From contig OZ244207.1 of assembly GCA_965216875.1 (NCBI GenBank), positions 1,024,001-1,088,000 on the forward strand: 64,000 nucleotides of DNA, in the 5' to 3' direction. Source of the DNA: Rubripirellula sp. (GTDB taxonomy: Bacteria; Planctomycetota; Planctomycetia; Pirellulales; Pirellulaceae). Below are positions 8,639 through 17,024 of the stretch, in pieces. The notes under the pieces are model-generated. The model ran no database searches, was not told the origin of the DNA, and worked only from the letters and a program-made list of their open reading frames with translations. Position 1 is the stretch's first letter; each line of letters opens with the position of its first letter. A program made the position numbers and the translations under genes.

Positions 8639-11122
8639 ATGCGATCACGACCACTTCGACTCTCGCTGCTTTGTGTGTTGCTGGCTTGTGCGGCGTTCGG
8701 CAAGACGCACGCTGAGAATCCGACCTTCGTTTTGTCTCTGTCTGGCGAGCGAAAGCTTGTCTCATACAGTATCAGCTCCGACGGTAAGCTCTCGCGGATG
8801 ACGGAAACTTCGTTGGAGGCCAGTCCAGGAAATTTCTGCGTTGATGCAACCGGACAACACCTCTATGTCGCTGGCAGCATTCCCGATTCGATTCATGTCT
8901 TGCGTTCGGGGCGCGACGGATTGAGGCCACTGCAATCGATTCCTGCGCCGGCCAAAGCAGCGTATCTATCGGTGTCACCATCGGGTCAATTCTTGCTGGG
9001 GGCGTACTACAAGACCGGGCAAGTGACCGTTCATCGGATTGTTGGCGAGGGAAGAACGTCGACCGACCCGTTACAGGTTCTTGATGTTGCGCCACGCGCG
9101 CACTGCATCGTCACCGATCCGAGCGGACGATACGCATTCGTTCCCCATACGAGCGCCAATCGAATCTCGCTATTCAAGTTTGATTCTACCAACGGCATAC
9201 TCTCCCCCAACGAACCCGAGGCGTTGCCGCGCGGCGAAAAAACAGGGCCGCGTCATCTCTGGTTCCACCCGTCCCGCGAGTATGCCTTTGGCAGCGACGA
9301 GCAAGGGCGGTCGTTGAGTCTGTATAAGCTGGATGAAGAATCGGGGAAGCTTAAGATCCTGCAGACCGTTTCCTCCGTGCCCAGTGACTACGAAGGCAAA
9401 GGCACAACATCGCATGTCGAATCGGGGCCATTGGGCAAGCACGTTTACATTGCCAACCGTGGGCACGGCTCGATCGGCGTCTTTAAGTTCAATCGAAAGA
9501 GAGAATCGCTGACGCTGCAACAGCATGTTGAGGTTGCAAAAAACGTACGTGGGTTCGCCGTTTCTTCGGACGGGCAATTCTTGGTCGCTGCTGGACAATC
9601 CTCCAATCAACTGATTTGCTTTCGCGTTGGTCGCGATGGCAATCTGACGATGACCGATAAGCAATCATGTGGCAAAACGCCTTGGTGGCTTCGTTTCTTG
9701 CCAAACCAGGCGGCCGCGGACGGAACTTTGGTCGACTACGATGCGATCGATCGATCGTTAACGCTCGGGCAAGGCACGATGGCCGGAGAAGTGACCGCTT
9801 CGAGCGCGCTGTTGCAAACGCGATTGACAAAGGGCAGTCAGCTCGATCGCGATGGTGGGATTCCCGGTGGCGACGGCATCGTGAGGTTTCAATGGTCTCT
9901 TGATGACGACTTTTCCGATGCGGCAACGACGCCGTTTCAAGTGACCGGTCCTTTAAGCGACTTCATCGCGCGTGCAAAGATCGATGGGTTGAAACCCGGA
10001 ACACGCTATTTCTATCGAGCCCACTACGGTCACACGAAAGAAACGACCAAGGCAGGACCAACCTGTAGCTTCAAGACGTTGCCGGGATCGGATTCCGAAC
10101 GCGACGTCACATTCATCGTGGGAAGCTGTATGAACTACATCAAATTCATGCATGGGCGACGCGGCAATGCAGGCGGTCCGTTGACGGCGACGCCCGAAGA
10201 CAAGCGGCTCGGCTTTCCGGCATTCGCTTCGATGCGATCATTGCATCCCGAGTTCTTCATTGGTACCGGAGACATCGTCTACTACGACAATCCGTACCGC
10301 GTCGCACGTACCGTTTCTCAACTTCGTAAGTGTTGGCAAGAACAGTTTCGGTTTCCTCGGATGGTTCAGTTCTTTGCCGACGTGCCGACCTATTGGTCCA
10401 AAGACGACCATGACTTTCGCTTCAATGATTCCGATAACGAAACCAATCGCATCCCGCTGCCTAAGACGGGGATCGATATGTTCCGCGAGCAGTTGCCGAT
10501 CGCGGAAAGTGGCGTGTTCGATACGCCAAACTATCGGACCTTCCGCGTTTCAAAACATCTGCAGATCTGGTTGACCGAAGGACGCGATCATCGATCGGCC
10601 AACAACGATCCGGATGGTCCGGAAAAGACGATGTGGGGAAAAGAACAGCTTCAGTGGCTCAAGACGACACTGGTTGAAAGTGATGCGACATGGAAAGTGA
10701 TGGTCAACCCAACGCCAATGGTCGGCCCGGACGACGCCTACAAAAGCGACAATCATGCGAATCTGTTGGGCTTCCGACACGAGGCGGACGCCTTCTTTGA
10801 TTGGACGCGTCAAAAGGGAATCGAGAACTTGTTCTTGGTCTGTGGTGATCGTCATTGGCAATACCACAGCATCCATCCGCTCGGCATCAACGAATTCGCA
10901 TGCGGGGCGCTTAACGACGAGAACTCGCGGATGGGGGTTCCGCCGGGAGCCGATTACGGAAGCGATCCTGATGGCAAAGTCAAACAGCCCTACACGTCGT
11001 CCGAGCCAAGTGGTGGCTTCTTGCGCATTGAGGCTGGGAAGCGTCTACGGATGACGCACTTTAGCGACGACGGTGATCAGCTCTATCAGGCCGTTTTTCC
11101 GTCAGATGTTGGGGGCTCGTGA
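8639..11122 (+). CDS. Secreted fusion: lactonase (Pgl-like) 7-blade beta-propeller + PhoD-like alkaline phosphatase D
   Basis: N-half has AHCIVTDPSG, GPRHLWFHP and YIANRGH. C-half has a purple-acid-phosphatase-like N domain (GLKPGTRYFYR), GDIVYYD, KDDHDF and GDRHWQY. Confidence 0.85.
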   Translation: MRSRPLRLSLLCVLLACAAFGKTHAENPTFVLSLSGERKLVSYSISSDGKLSRMTETSLEASPGNFCVDATGQHLYVAGSIPDSIHVLRSGRDGLRPLQSIPAPAKAAYLSVSPSGQFLLGAYYKTGQVTVHRIVGEGRTSTDPLQVLDVAPRAHCIVTDPSGRYAFVPHTSANRISLFKFDSTNGILSPNEPEALPRGEKTGPRHLWFHPSREYAFGSDEQGRSLSLYKLDEESGKLKILQTVSSVPSDYEGKGTTSHVESGPLGKHVYIANRGHGSIGVFKFNRKRESLTLQQHVEVAKNVRGFAVSSDGQFLVAAGQSSNQLICFRVGRDGNLTMTDKQSCGKTPWWLRFLPNQAAADGTLVDYDAIDRSLTLGQGTMAGEVTASSALLQTRLTKGSQLDRDGGIPGGDGIVRFQWSLDDDFSDAATTPFQVTGPLSDFIARAKIDGLKPGTRYFYRAHYGHTKETTKAGPTCSFKTLPGSDSERDVTFIVGSCMNYIKFMHGRRGNAGGPLTATPEDKRLGFPAFASMRSLHPEFFIGTGDIVYYDNPYRVARTVSQLRKCWQEQFRFPRMVQFFADVPTYWSKDDHDFRFNDSDNETNRIPLPKTGIDMFREQLPIAESGVFDTPNYRTFRVSKHLQIWLTEGRDHRSANNDPDGPEKTMWGKEQLQWLKTTLVESDATWKVMVNPTPMVGPDDAYKSDNHANLLGFRHEADAFFDWTRQKGIENLFLVCGDRHWQYHSIHPLGINEFACGALNDENSRMGVPPGADYGSDPDGKVKQPYTSSEPSGGFLRIEAGKRLRMTHFSDDGDQLYQAVFPSDVGGS

Positions 11123-11127
11123 AGAGG

Positions 11128-11270
11128 GAACCACGAATGGTACGAATCGAACGAATGAAGATCGCGTACCGCCTTTCGTGCGGAATCCAAGTGAGCCGCT
11201 GGCCGTCAGGCCTCGGGCCCTTTGGCGCGCGTAGGAGTGTGAGGCCCGACGCAAGCGCGCTGGGCTCATT
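11128..11270. repeat. REP-like cluster (ACGAAT-repeat element, degenerate family A, family B variant GTGAGCCGCTGGCCGTCAGGCCTCGGGCC)
   Basis: A near-identical unit occurs at 43554 and 54207. Confidence 0.75.
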
Positions 11271-11343
11271 GAAGGGCCGTTTGTCATTGACTGACTCTCG
11301 CGTCTAGAATCATGACATTGGTTCGAGCGTACGGAGTGGAACG

Positions 11344-11901
11344 ATGACGACACTGTTTGCGAATCCTTATGAGGCGCCCAATACCGAGTCACTTGTGGAC
11401 GTTCACCCGACGCGTGAACGGTTTGCGATGCTGCCGCGGCTCGATTGGTTCACCGGTTCGGTGCTTGCCTCGAGTTTCGCAAGTGCGATTGGAATCTATC
11501 TCTATTTCACCCAAGGAATCTCGTCGATTGGTGACCCAATCTTAGCTCCCCTCGCGGCGCAAACGATCGTGTGGATTCCCATCTACCGGATGGCCACACC
11601 GGCACTCGTGCTTTTCATGCCGCAAACGAGCCGCCGTGCGTTTGGTCTGTTTCACCTCGTCATTAGCATCGGCGCGTGCGTGAATGATTTTGGTGGCGTC
11701 TATTTTGGGGAATGGGTGTTCGTATCGGCCATTGGACTCATCCCTAGCTTCCTGTTTTGTGTGACGCTGGGGATTGCTGTCTTTGCCTACGAGCTCTGGA
11801 AGGCCGAGCGTCGTACCCAGGTGATCGTGCATGGCTTTGGCTGGCTTGCAATCACCCTTGGTTTGCAAACGATGTTCTGGATGATCGGGATGGCCGCGTA
11901 G
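11344..11901 (+). CDS. Hypothetical multi-pass membrane protein with N-terminal NPY motif
   Basis: ANPYEAP followed by several hydrophobic segments. Confidence 0.7.
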   Translation: MTTLFANPYEAPNTESLVDVHPTRERFAMLPRLDWFTGSVLASSFASAIGIYLYFTQGISSIGDPILAPLAAQTIVWIPIYRMATPALVLFMPQTSRRAFGLFHLVISIGACVNDFGGVYFGEWVFVSAIGLIPSFLFCVTLGIAVFAYELWKAERRTQVIVHGFGWLAITLGLQTMFWMIGMAA

Positions 11902-11984
11902 CGGTTCGTCAACGCCAGCTGCAAGACCCGGCCGCTTACGCGATCACGGCTGACTGGTTTCGTTCGAGGTGCCAAACTTTCGCA

Positions 11985-12344
11985 TCAACGAAAGTCAGCG
12001 AACAACACGTCAGGGCCGCTGGTCGGTTTCTTCTTGGCGACCTTTTCGGTCTGGGCTGATACCTGTTTGATCAATCCAGGTTCGGCATCGCCCAATTCGG
12101 CATCGCCCAGTCCGGCATCGCCCAGTCCGGCGACTGCGGATTCGCTGCCCATCGCATGATCGCCCATCGCTTTGTCACTCAGGGTCAGGCTGCAGCTTCC
12201 GTCGGCACAGGCGGCACCGTCGGTTCCCGCTTTGCTGAATGGGTTTGGCAAAGGCGTGTCGAGGGATCGGCATCCAGCGAATGTGAAGCTGGTGATTAGA
12301 GCAACGGTCGCGGCCAGAATTTTTGGTGTTTGGGAGAAACGCAT
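11985..12344 (-). CDS. Small putative lipoprotein with CADGSC motif and (G/E)LGDA repeats
   Basis: Lipobox FAGC after a hydrophobic leader. Three 15-bp coding repeats at 12082-12126. Confidence 0.65.
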   Translation of the reverse strand: MRFSQTPKILAATVALITSFTFAGCRSLDTPLPNPFSKAGTDGAACADGSCSLTLSDKAMGDHAMGSESAVAGLGDAGLGDAELGDAEPGLIKQVSAQTEKVAKKKPTSGPDVLFADFR

Positions 12345-12439
12345 GTGGGATATCCCGGGTATTGGTTTGGAGGACGGCAAAGCGATGGAGTGTGGAGGCG
12401 ATTTGGTCTGATCTATCGGTTTTTTGTCCCTCAAGGCAA

Positions 12440-12455
12440 TGTGAGATCGTCAACA
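12440..12455. promoter_or_regulatory. Possible Crp/Fnr-type operator TGTGA-GATCGT-CAACA
   Basis: Partial match to TGTGA-N6-TCACA, lying between the divergent lipoprotein and Crp-family genes. Confidence 0.45.
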
Positions 12456-12712
12456 ACTTGCGGGAAAAACGTTGTGTTTTTGAAGTCAAAGCGTTTTAAA
12501 CGGTTTGTGGCGGGCTTAGCTGACAGATGTCCATTAAAGAGTTGCACGGACCGTCTGAGCGGTCGCAGGATCCGTCCGCAGGCTGCCCTTCACAAAGTCT
12601 TAACACGGCCAACGCCCGCTCGACGTCGAATCTTCATGACTCCCAAAAGGCAATTGACCCCGTGATTCACTCTTCGCATCAAGCCCCATCAAATCGCATC
12701 GCATCGATCAAC

Positions 12713-13426
12713 ATGGAATCATCAGAGGGGTCAAGCGGAGTCGAGCACAGCTGGCTGGCTCGACGAAATCCACTATTCAGCTCGCTCTATCCGCAGCAAG
12801 TGAGCGAGATTGAGTCGGCGATCAGTTACCGTGACTTTTCAAAGGGCTCGGCAATCTATTCGCCTGGCGATCAAGCCGATCACCTTTGCTTGTTGGAACG
12901 TGGGCGGGTGAAGCTCTGTAGCACTTCGGCCAGTGGGAAGCAGGCGATTCTGCGTTTCGTTGAGTCGGGTGAGATTTTTGGTGAGCTCGCCATCGTTGGG
13001 CAAACGCAGCGTGAAGAAATCGCAGAAGCGGCCGCCGACACGCGTGTCGCACTGTTGCCGGTTCAGCGACTGCGCCCCGTGGTGCGATCCAACTCAGATT
13101 TTGCTTTCATGTTGATGGAGTTGATTGCGACTCGCCGACGTGCTGCAGAACGCCGGGTCAAATCATTGCTGTTTCACAGCAGTCGCGATCGCTTGATCCA
13201 TCTGCTGACGGAACTCGCGCAGCAGTACGGTGCCGTCGAGGGCGGTGCTGAGAACCCGATTCGGATGTCGCACCTTGATGTAGCCAGCATCATTGGCAGC
13301 ACCCGTGAAACCGTGACGACGTTGCTGGGCGAATTGCAACTGCAAGGTTTGATACGTGTGAAACGTCAGCGTATCGAGATTTTGGATTACAAGGCCCTTA
13401 CGGCCGAGGCCGCACTTCCAGCGTGA
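12713..13426 (+). CDS. Crp/Fnr family transcriptional regulator
   Basis: cNMP-binding domain (GRVKL...GEIFGELA) and HTH (SHLDVASIIGSTRETVT). Confidence 0.93.
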   Translation: MESSEGSSGVEHSWLARRNPLFSSLYPQQVSEIESAISYRDFSKGSAIYSPGDQADHLCLLERGRVKLCSTSASGKQAILRFVESGEIFGELAIVGQTQREEIAEAAADTRVALLPVQRLRPVVRSNSDFAFMLMELIATRRRAAERRVKSLLFHSSRDRLIHLLTELAQQYGAVEGGAENPIRMSHLDVASIIGSTRETVTTLLGELQLQGLIRVKRQRIEILDYKALTAEAALPA

Positions 13427-13441
13427 TTCGAATCACGCTGG
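13418..13441. other. Perfect 24-bp palindrome over the Crp-gene stop codon
   Basis: CCAGCGTGATTC|GAATCACGCTGG. No U-tract follows. Confidence 0.6.
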
Positions 13442-13580
13442 CCGCATTTTGGCGGCGGCTGTGTCGAACCAAGCGTCATTGAAAGTTCCCCTGGCGACGA
13501 TCCCTCCGAAATGGTTATGGGATGGTTGTCGCCAGAAGTAGGAACTCTCTGACGCTCAACCCTTTACGGATATCGACACA

Positions 13581-13997
13581 ATGATTCGTGCATTTCGTGT
13601 GGCATTGCTTGTGCCCACCCTCGCTGTAATCACTCTCGCTTCAGCAAGTCGCGCTCAAGCTGAAACCAGCTGGCACACGACGCCCAAAGCGGCCTTCGAT
13701 GCGGCCCAAGCGAGCGGCAAGCCGATCTTGGTCTTTGCCAGTGCAACTTGGTGTGGCCCGTGTCAAAAAATGAAAAAGGACACCTGGGCCGATGCAACGG
13801 TTGAAGCCGTTGTTGCCGGGAACTTTGAGATGCTGAAGCTGGATGGGGACAAACACCGCAAGCTGCTCAAGAAGATGAAGGTGAGCGCTTTCCCAACCAC
13901 GTTGCTCTATTCGCCTGGCGGCCACTACGCCGACATGCATGAAGGGTACGCCGCGCCGCTGAAGTTGTTGACGTGGCTCAAGCAACAGCAGCCGTAG
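13581..13997 (+). CDS. Secreted thioredoxin-family protein
   Basis: Signal peptide, WCGPC active site, cis-Pro loop AFPT. Confidence 0.92.
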   Translation: MIRAFRVALLVPTLAVITLASASRAQAETSWHTTPKAAFDAAQASGKPILVFASATWCGPCQKMKKDTWADATVEAVVAGNFEMLKLDGDKHRKLLKKMKVSAFPTTLLYSPGGHYADMHEGYAAPLKLLTWLKQQQP

Positions 13998-14034
13998 GTG
14001 ATCGTCGCCTTCGTTGGAAGGTGATTTGTTTCGC

Positions 14035-14206
14035 CGGACCGGTCTCTGTTGTCCCACGCTCTGGCGAGCGTAGCTACGGTGGCTCCTAGTGCGTAGCTAC
14101 CTTCGCCAGAAGGTGGTTTGTTGCGCTGGACCGGTCTCTGTTGCCCCACGCTCTGGCGAGCGTAGGTACGAAGAGAAGCCCGGCAGCTGACGTGATTGCG
14201 GCTCAC
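14035..14206. repeat. REP-like cluster, family D (GTAGCTACGCTCGCCAGAGCGTGG and GTAGCTACCTTCGCCAGAAGGTGG) plus family B variant
   Basis: Three D copies in mixed orientation. The same unit occurs at 40689-41100 and 48886. Confidence 0.85.
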
Positions 14207-15657
14207 TGATTGGCCGATTCCTTTGCGGCGCGTTCGATTGCGGCGATCGTTTCGGGCGAGGGCTTGAAGGAACCGGGGCGATAGCCTTGGGCAATCTTCT
14301 TGGGTGTCCAGCCGTGTTTGTTCTTGTGGTTCCACGTCTCGGGATCGGCACCAAGGTCGGCCAGGAAATCAACGACGTCGGGAAAGGTTCGATAGGCTGC
14401 GCCATGCATCGGCGTTTCGAGATTCTTGTCGACCGTGTTCACATCGCCGCCACGATCGACCAACCACTGAATGGTTGCGATCACTTCGGCCGGCGTTCCC
14501 GGGTGTTCGTCAACTGCGGTCACACCCACACCGGCGGCAGCCATCAAGGGCGTGCAGCCATCTTTGTTGGGGCGATGCAGGTCCGCACCCAATTCCTCAA
14601 GTAATTCCATGAGCTGTAAGTCGCACCGTTTGGCGGCAAACAAGAAGGGCGTGCCACCCTGTGGATGCAGTCCGGCTTTGCCAGCCGAGCCGCGTCGCAA
14701 TTGCAGGTTCACATCCGCGCCGTTGGCGACCATCACTCGTACAAACTCAAGGCTCGTCAGTTTGCCTGAACCACGTGGTGGTGGATCGCCATCGACCCCG
14801 TCACCGCGGTTGGCTCGTCGTACCCAAGCGAGCGCATGAAGTGGTCCGTAGCCGCTGCGCTGATCATTCGGGTCAGCACCGGCTTTGACTAATTCCACCG
14901 CCATTTCGAAGTGTCCACTTTCGACGGCCAACAACAATGCGGACATTCGACTTCGCGGATTGCGGCCACTGGTGTTGGCTGGCTTCATCGCGTCGTTGAC
15001 ATCGACCCCCGCTTCGAGCAGTCGTTTGACTGCGCCGATGCGACCATGACGCGCCGCGAACAGGGTCGCGGTGAAGCCCGATTTGATCGACAGGTTTGGG
15101 TCGGCACCCGCGTCAAGTAATGCATCCACCGCGTCGACGTTTCCTTCGGCGGCTGCCCACATCAACGCGGTTTGGCCACGATGATCTTTGGCATCGAGTT
15201 CAGCGCCGCCGTCAATCAGGTATTGGACTGCCTTCCGCTCGCCTGTGCGGCTGGCTGTCATCAAGGGTGTTTCGTTACCGGGCAAACGGTGGTCAAGTTT
15301 TGCACCGGCATCGACCAAAAGCTTTACCAATGCCGCGTCGCCGCTGGTGCAGGCGATCGACAGCGGTGTGACCTTGTAAGCCGTTTCGGCATTCACATCG
15401 GCGTTTGCGCTAACAAGCTTTTGGGCCGCATCGGAATTGCCCCAGTAGACGGCCCAGTGCAGCGCCGTCATTCCGTCCGGCTGCGTTGCATTGATGTTGG
15501 ACTTCGAATCGAGTAGCTGTCCGAGAGCCGCCCAATCCTTGTTCTCGCTCGCATCGGCCAGCAACGGCGTCAAGTCGGCAGCGATGACATGCGGGCAGGC
15601 AAACAGAGAAACCAACAGAGCAATGGCGACGCTGCGGCTGCTAACAAACTGAATCAT
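14203..15657 (-). CDS. Secreted ankyrin-repeat protein
   Basis: Signal peptide and many ankyrin repeats (DGMTALHWAV, ETPLMTAS, GQTALMWAA, GCTPLMAAAG). Confidence 0.92.
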   Translation of the reverse strand: MIQFVSSRSVAIALLVSLFACPHVIAADLTPLLADASENKDWAALGQLLDSKSNINATQPDGMTALHWAVYWGNSDAAQKLVSANADVNAETAYKVTPLSIACTSGDAALVKLLVDAGAKLDHRLPGNETPLMTASRTGERKAVQYLIDGGAELDAKDHRGQTALMWAAAEGNVDAVDALLDAGADPNLSIKSGFTATLFAARHGRIGAVKRLLEAGVDVNDAMKPANTSGRNPRSRMSALLLAVESGHFEMAVELVKAGADPNDQRSGYGPLHALAWVRRANRGDGVDGDPPPRGSGKLTSLEFVRVMVANGADVNLQLRRGSAGKAGLHPQGGTPFLFAAKRCDLQLMELLEELGADLHRPNKDGCTPLMAAAGVGVTAVDEHPGTPAEVIATIQWLVDRGGDVNTVDKNLETPMHGAAYRTFPDVVDFLADLGADPETWNHKNKHGWTPKKIAQGYRPGSFKPSPETIAAIERAAKESANQ

Positions 15658-15677
15658 GGATCGAACGCAGGATTGGG

Positions 15678-17024
15678 CTACAGCGAGACGGGGTCAAAAA
15701 GGTCTTCCACGCGCCCACTGGCGTCGGCGAACGTTTCGATTGGCACACCCGCTTTGTTCAGCAGCGTGAGGTGCAAATTGGCCAACGGTGTTGGATCCTT
15801 GTATCGAATGTGTTGGCCGCCGCGCATGTTTCCAGCGGCGCCGCCAGCAACCAAGATTGGCAGGTTCGAGTGGTCATGAGCGTCGGGATCGCCCATGCCA
15901 CTGCCATACATGTAAATCGAATGATCGAGGAGCGATCCATCGGCTTCGGGCGTGGCGGCCATCTTCTCGAGGAAGTAGGCGAATAGCGAAACGTGGAACT
16001 GGTTGATTTTGGCAACCTTGGCGAGCTTTTCAGGATTGTTGCCGTGGTGAGTCACCGGGTGATGCGGTTCGGGCACTCCGATTTCGGGATAGGTCCGTGT
16101 GCTTGCTTCGCGAGCCAGTTGGAAAGAAACGACACGAGTGATGTCGGCTTGGAAGGCGAGGACTTGAAGATCGAACATCAACTTGGCGTGCTCTTCGTAG
16201 GCGGCCGGCACACCCACGGGACGATCCAAGTCGGGAAGCGGGTTGTCTTTGACGCTCGCTTCGGCCTTTTGGATGCGGCGCTCGACTTCGCGGATCGACG
16301 TGAAGTACGAATCAACCTTCTCGCGATCGTTTGCGCCGAGTTGGTTCTTCAGACGCTTCATTTCGTTGGTGACCGAATCGAGCAAACTTGCACGTTTCTT
16401 GAGTGCCGCCTCACGCTCGGTCGCCGAACCCCCTTCGCCGAACAGCGACTCAAAGACGATGCGCGGATGTGCTTCGGAAGGCAGGGGCGTGGTTGGCGAA
16501 GACCAAGACAGGTTGTTCTGGTAAACGCAGGCGTAACCGTTGTCGCATTGGCCAACGGTCGTCAGGAGGTCCATCGAAAGTTCGAGTGATGGCAATTGTG
16601 TGTCTTGGCCGATCTTTCGCGCTGCGATCTGGTCGACCGTTGTGCCAAGGTAATAGTCCGAGCTTTCGGTGAGTTTGGCTCGCGCGGCACTCAAGAAGGC
16701 CGAGTTCGAAGTGGCGTGGGAGCCGGGGTAGGCGTTTTGCAGGTCCATGCCCGTCAGCACGGTCACTTGGTCTTTGACCGATTCAAGCGGCTTGAGACTC
16801 GATGGCAATTGATCGAGCGTATTGTCTTTAGGAATCCACTCGGCGGGATTGAATCCCATCGGGATGTAGATGTACCCGAGGCGTCGCAGATTGTTGGGCG
16901 CCGCGACGGTGTTGGCCGAAGCGGTCATCGCGGGGATCATTGCATCGAGAAGCGGCAGGGCCAAGGCCGCGCCGGTTCCACGCAAAACGGTTCGTCGTGA
17001 CAGTGCTTTCCGTGATACGATCAA
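15678..17024 (-). CDS. DUF1552 family protein with Tat-like leader
   Basis: SRRTVLRGTGAALALPLLDAM, CDNGYACVY, HHPVTHH, and GMGDPDAHDHSNLPILVAGG. Confidence 0.92.
   Translation of the reverse strand: MIVSRKALSRRTVLRGTGAALALPLLDAMIPAMTASANTVAAPNNLRRLGYIYIPMGFNPAEWIPKDNTLDQLPSSLKPLESVKDQVTVLTGMDLQNAYPGSHATSNSAFLSAARAKLTESSDYYLGTTVDQIAARKIGQDTQLPSLELSMDLLTTVGQCDNGYACVYQNNLSWSSPTTPLPSEAHPRIVFESLFGEGGSATEREAALKKRASLLDSVTNEMKRLKNQLGANDREKVDSYFTSIREVERRIQKAEASVKDNPLPDLDRPVGVPAAYEEHAKLMFDLQVLAFQADITRVVSFQLAREASTRTYPEIGVPEPHHPVTHHGNNPEKLAKVAKINQFHVSLFAYFLEKMAATPEADGSLLDHSIYMYGSGMGDPDAHDHSNLPILVAGGAAGNMRGGQHIRYKDPTPLANLHLTLLNKAGVPIETFADASGRVEDLFDPVSL

Noticed and set aside
11900..11987. Selenocysteine or stop read-through at the TGA of the small lipoprotein
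   Set aside because: The downstream frame runs into a REP-like element and a convergent gene, and no SECIS-like hairpin is evident.
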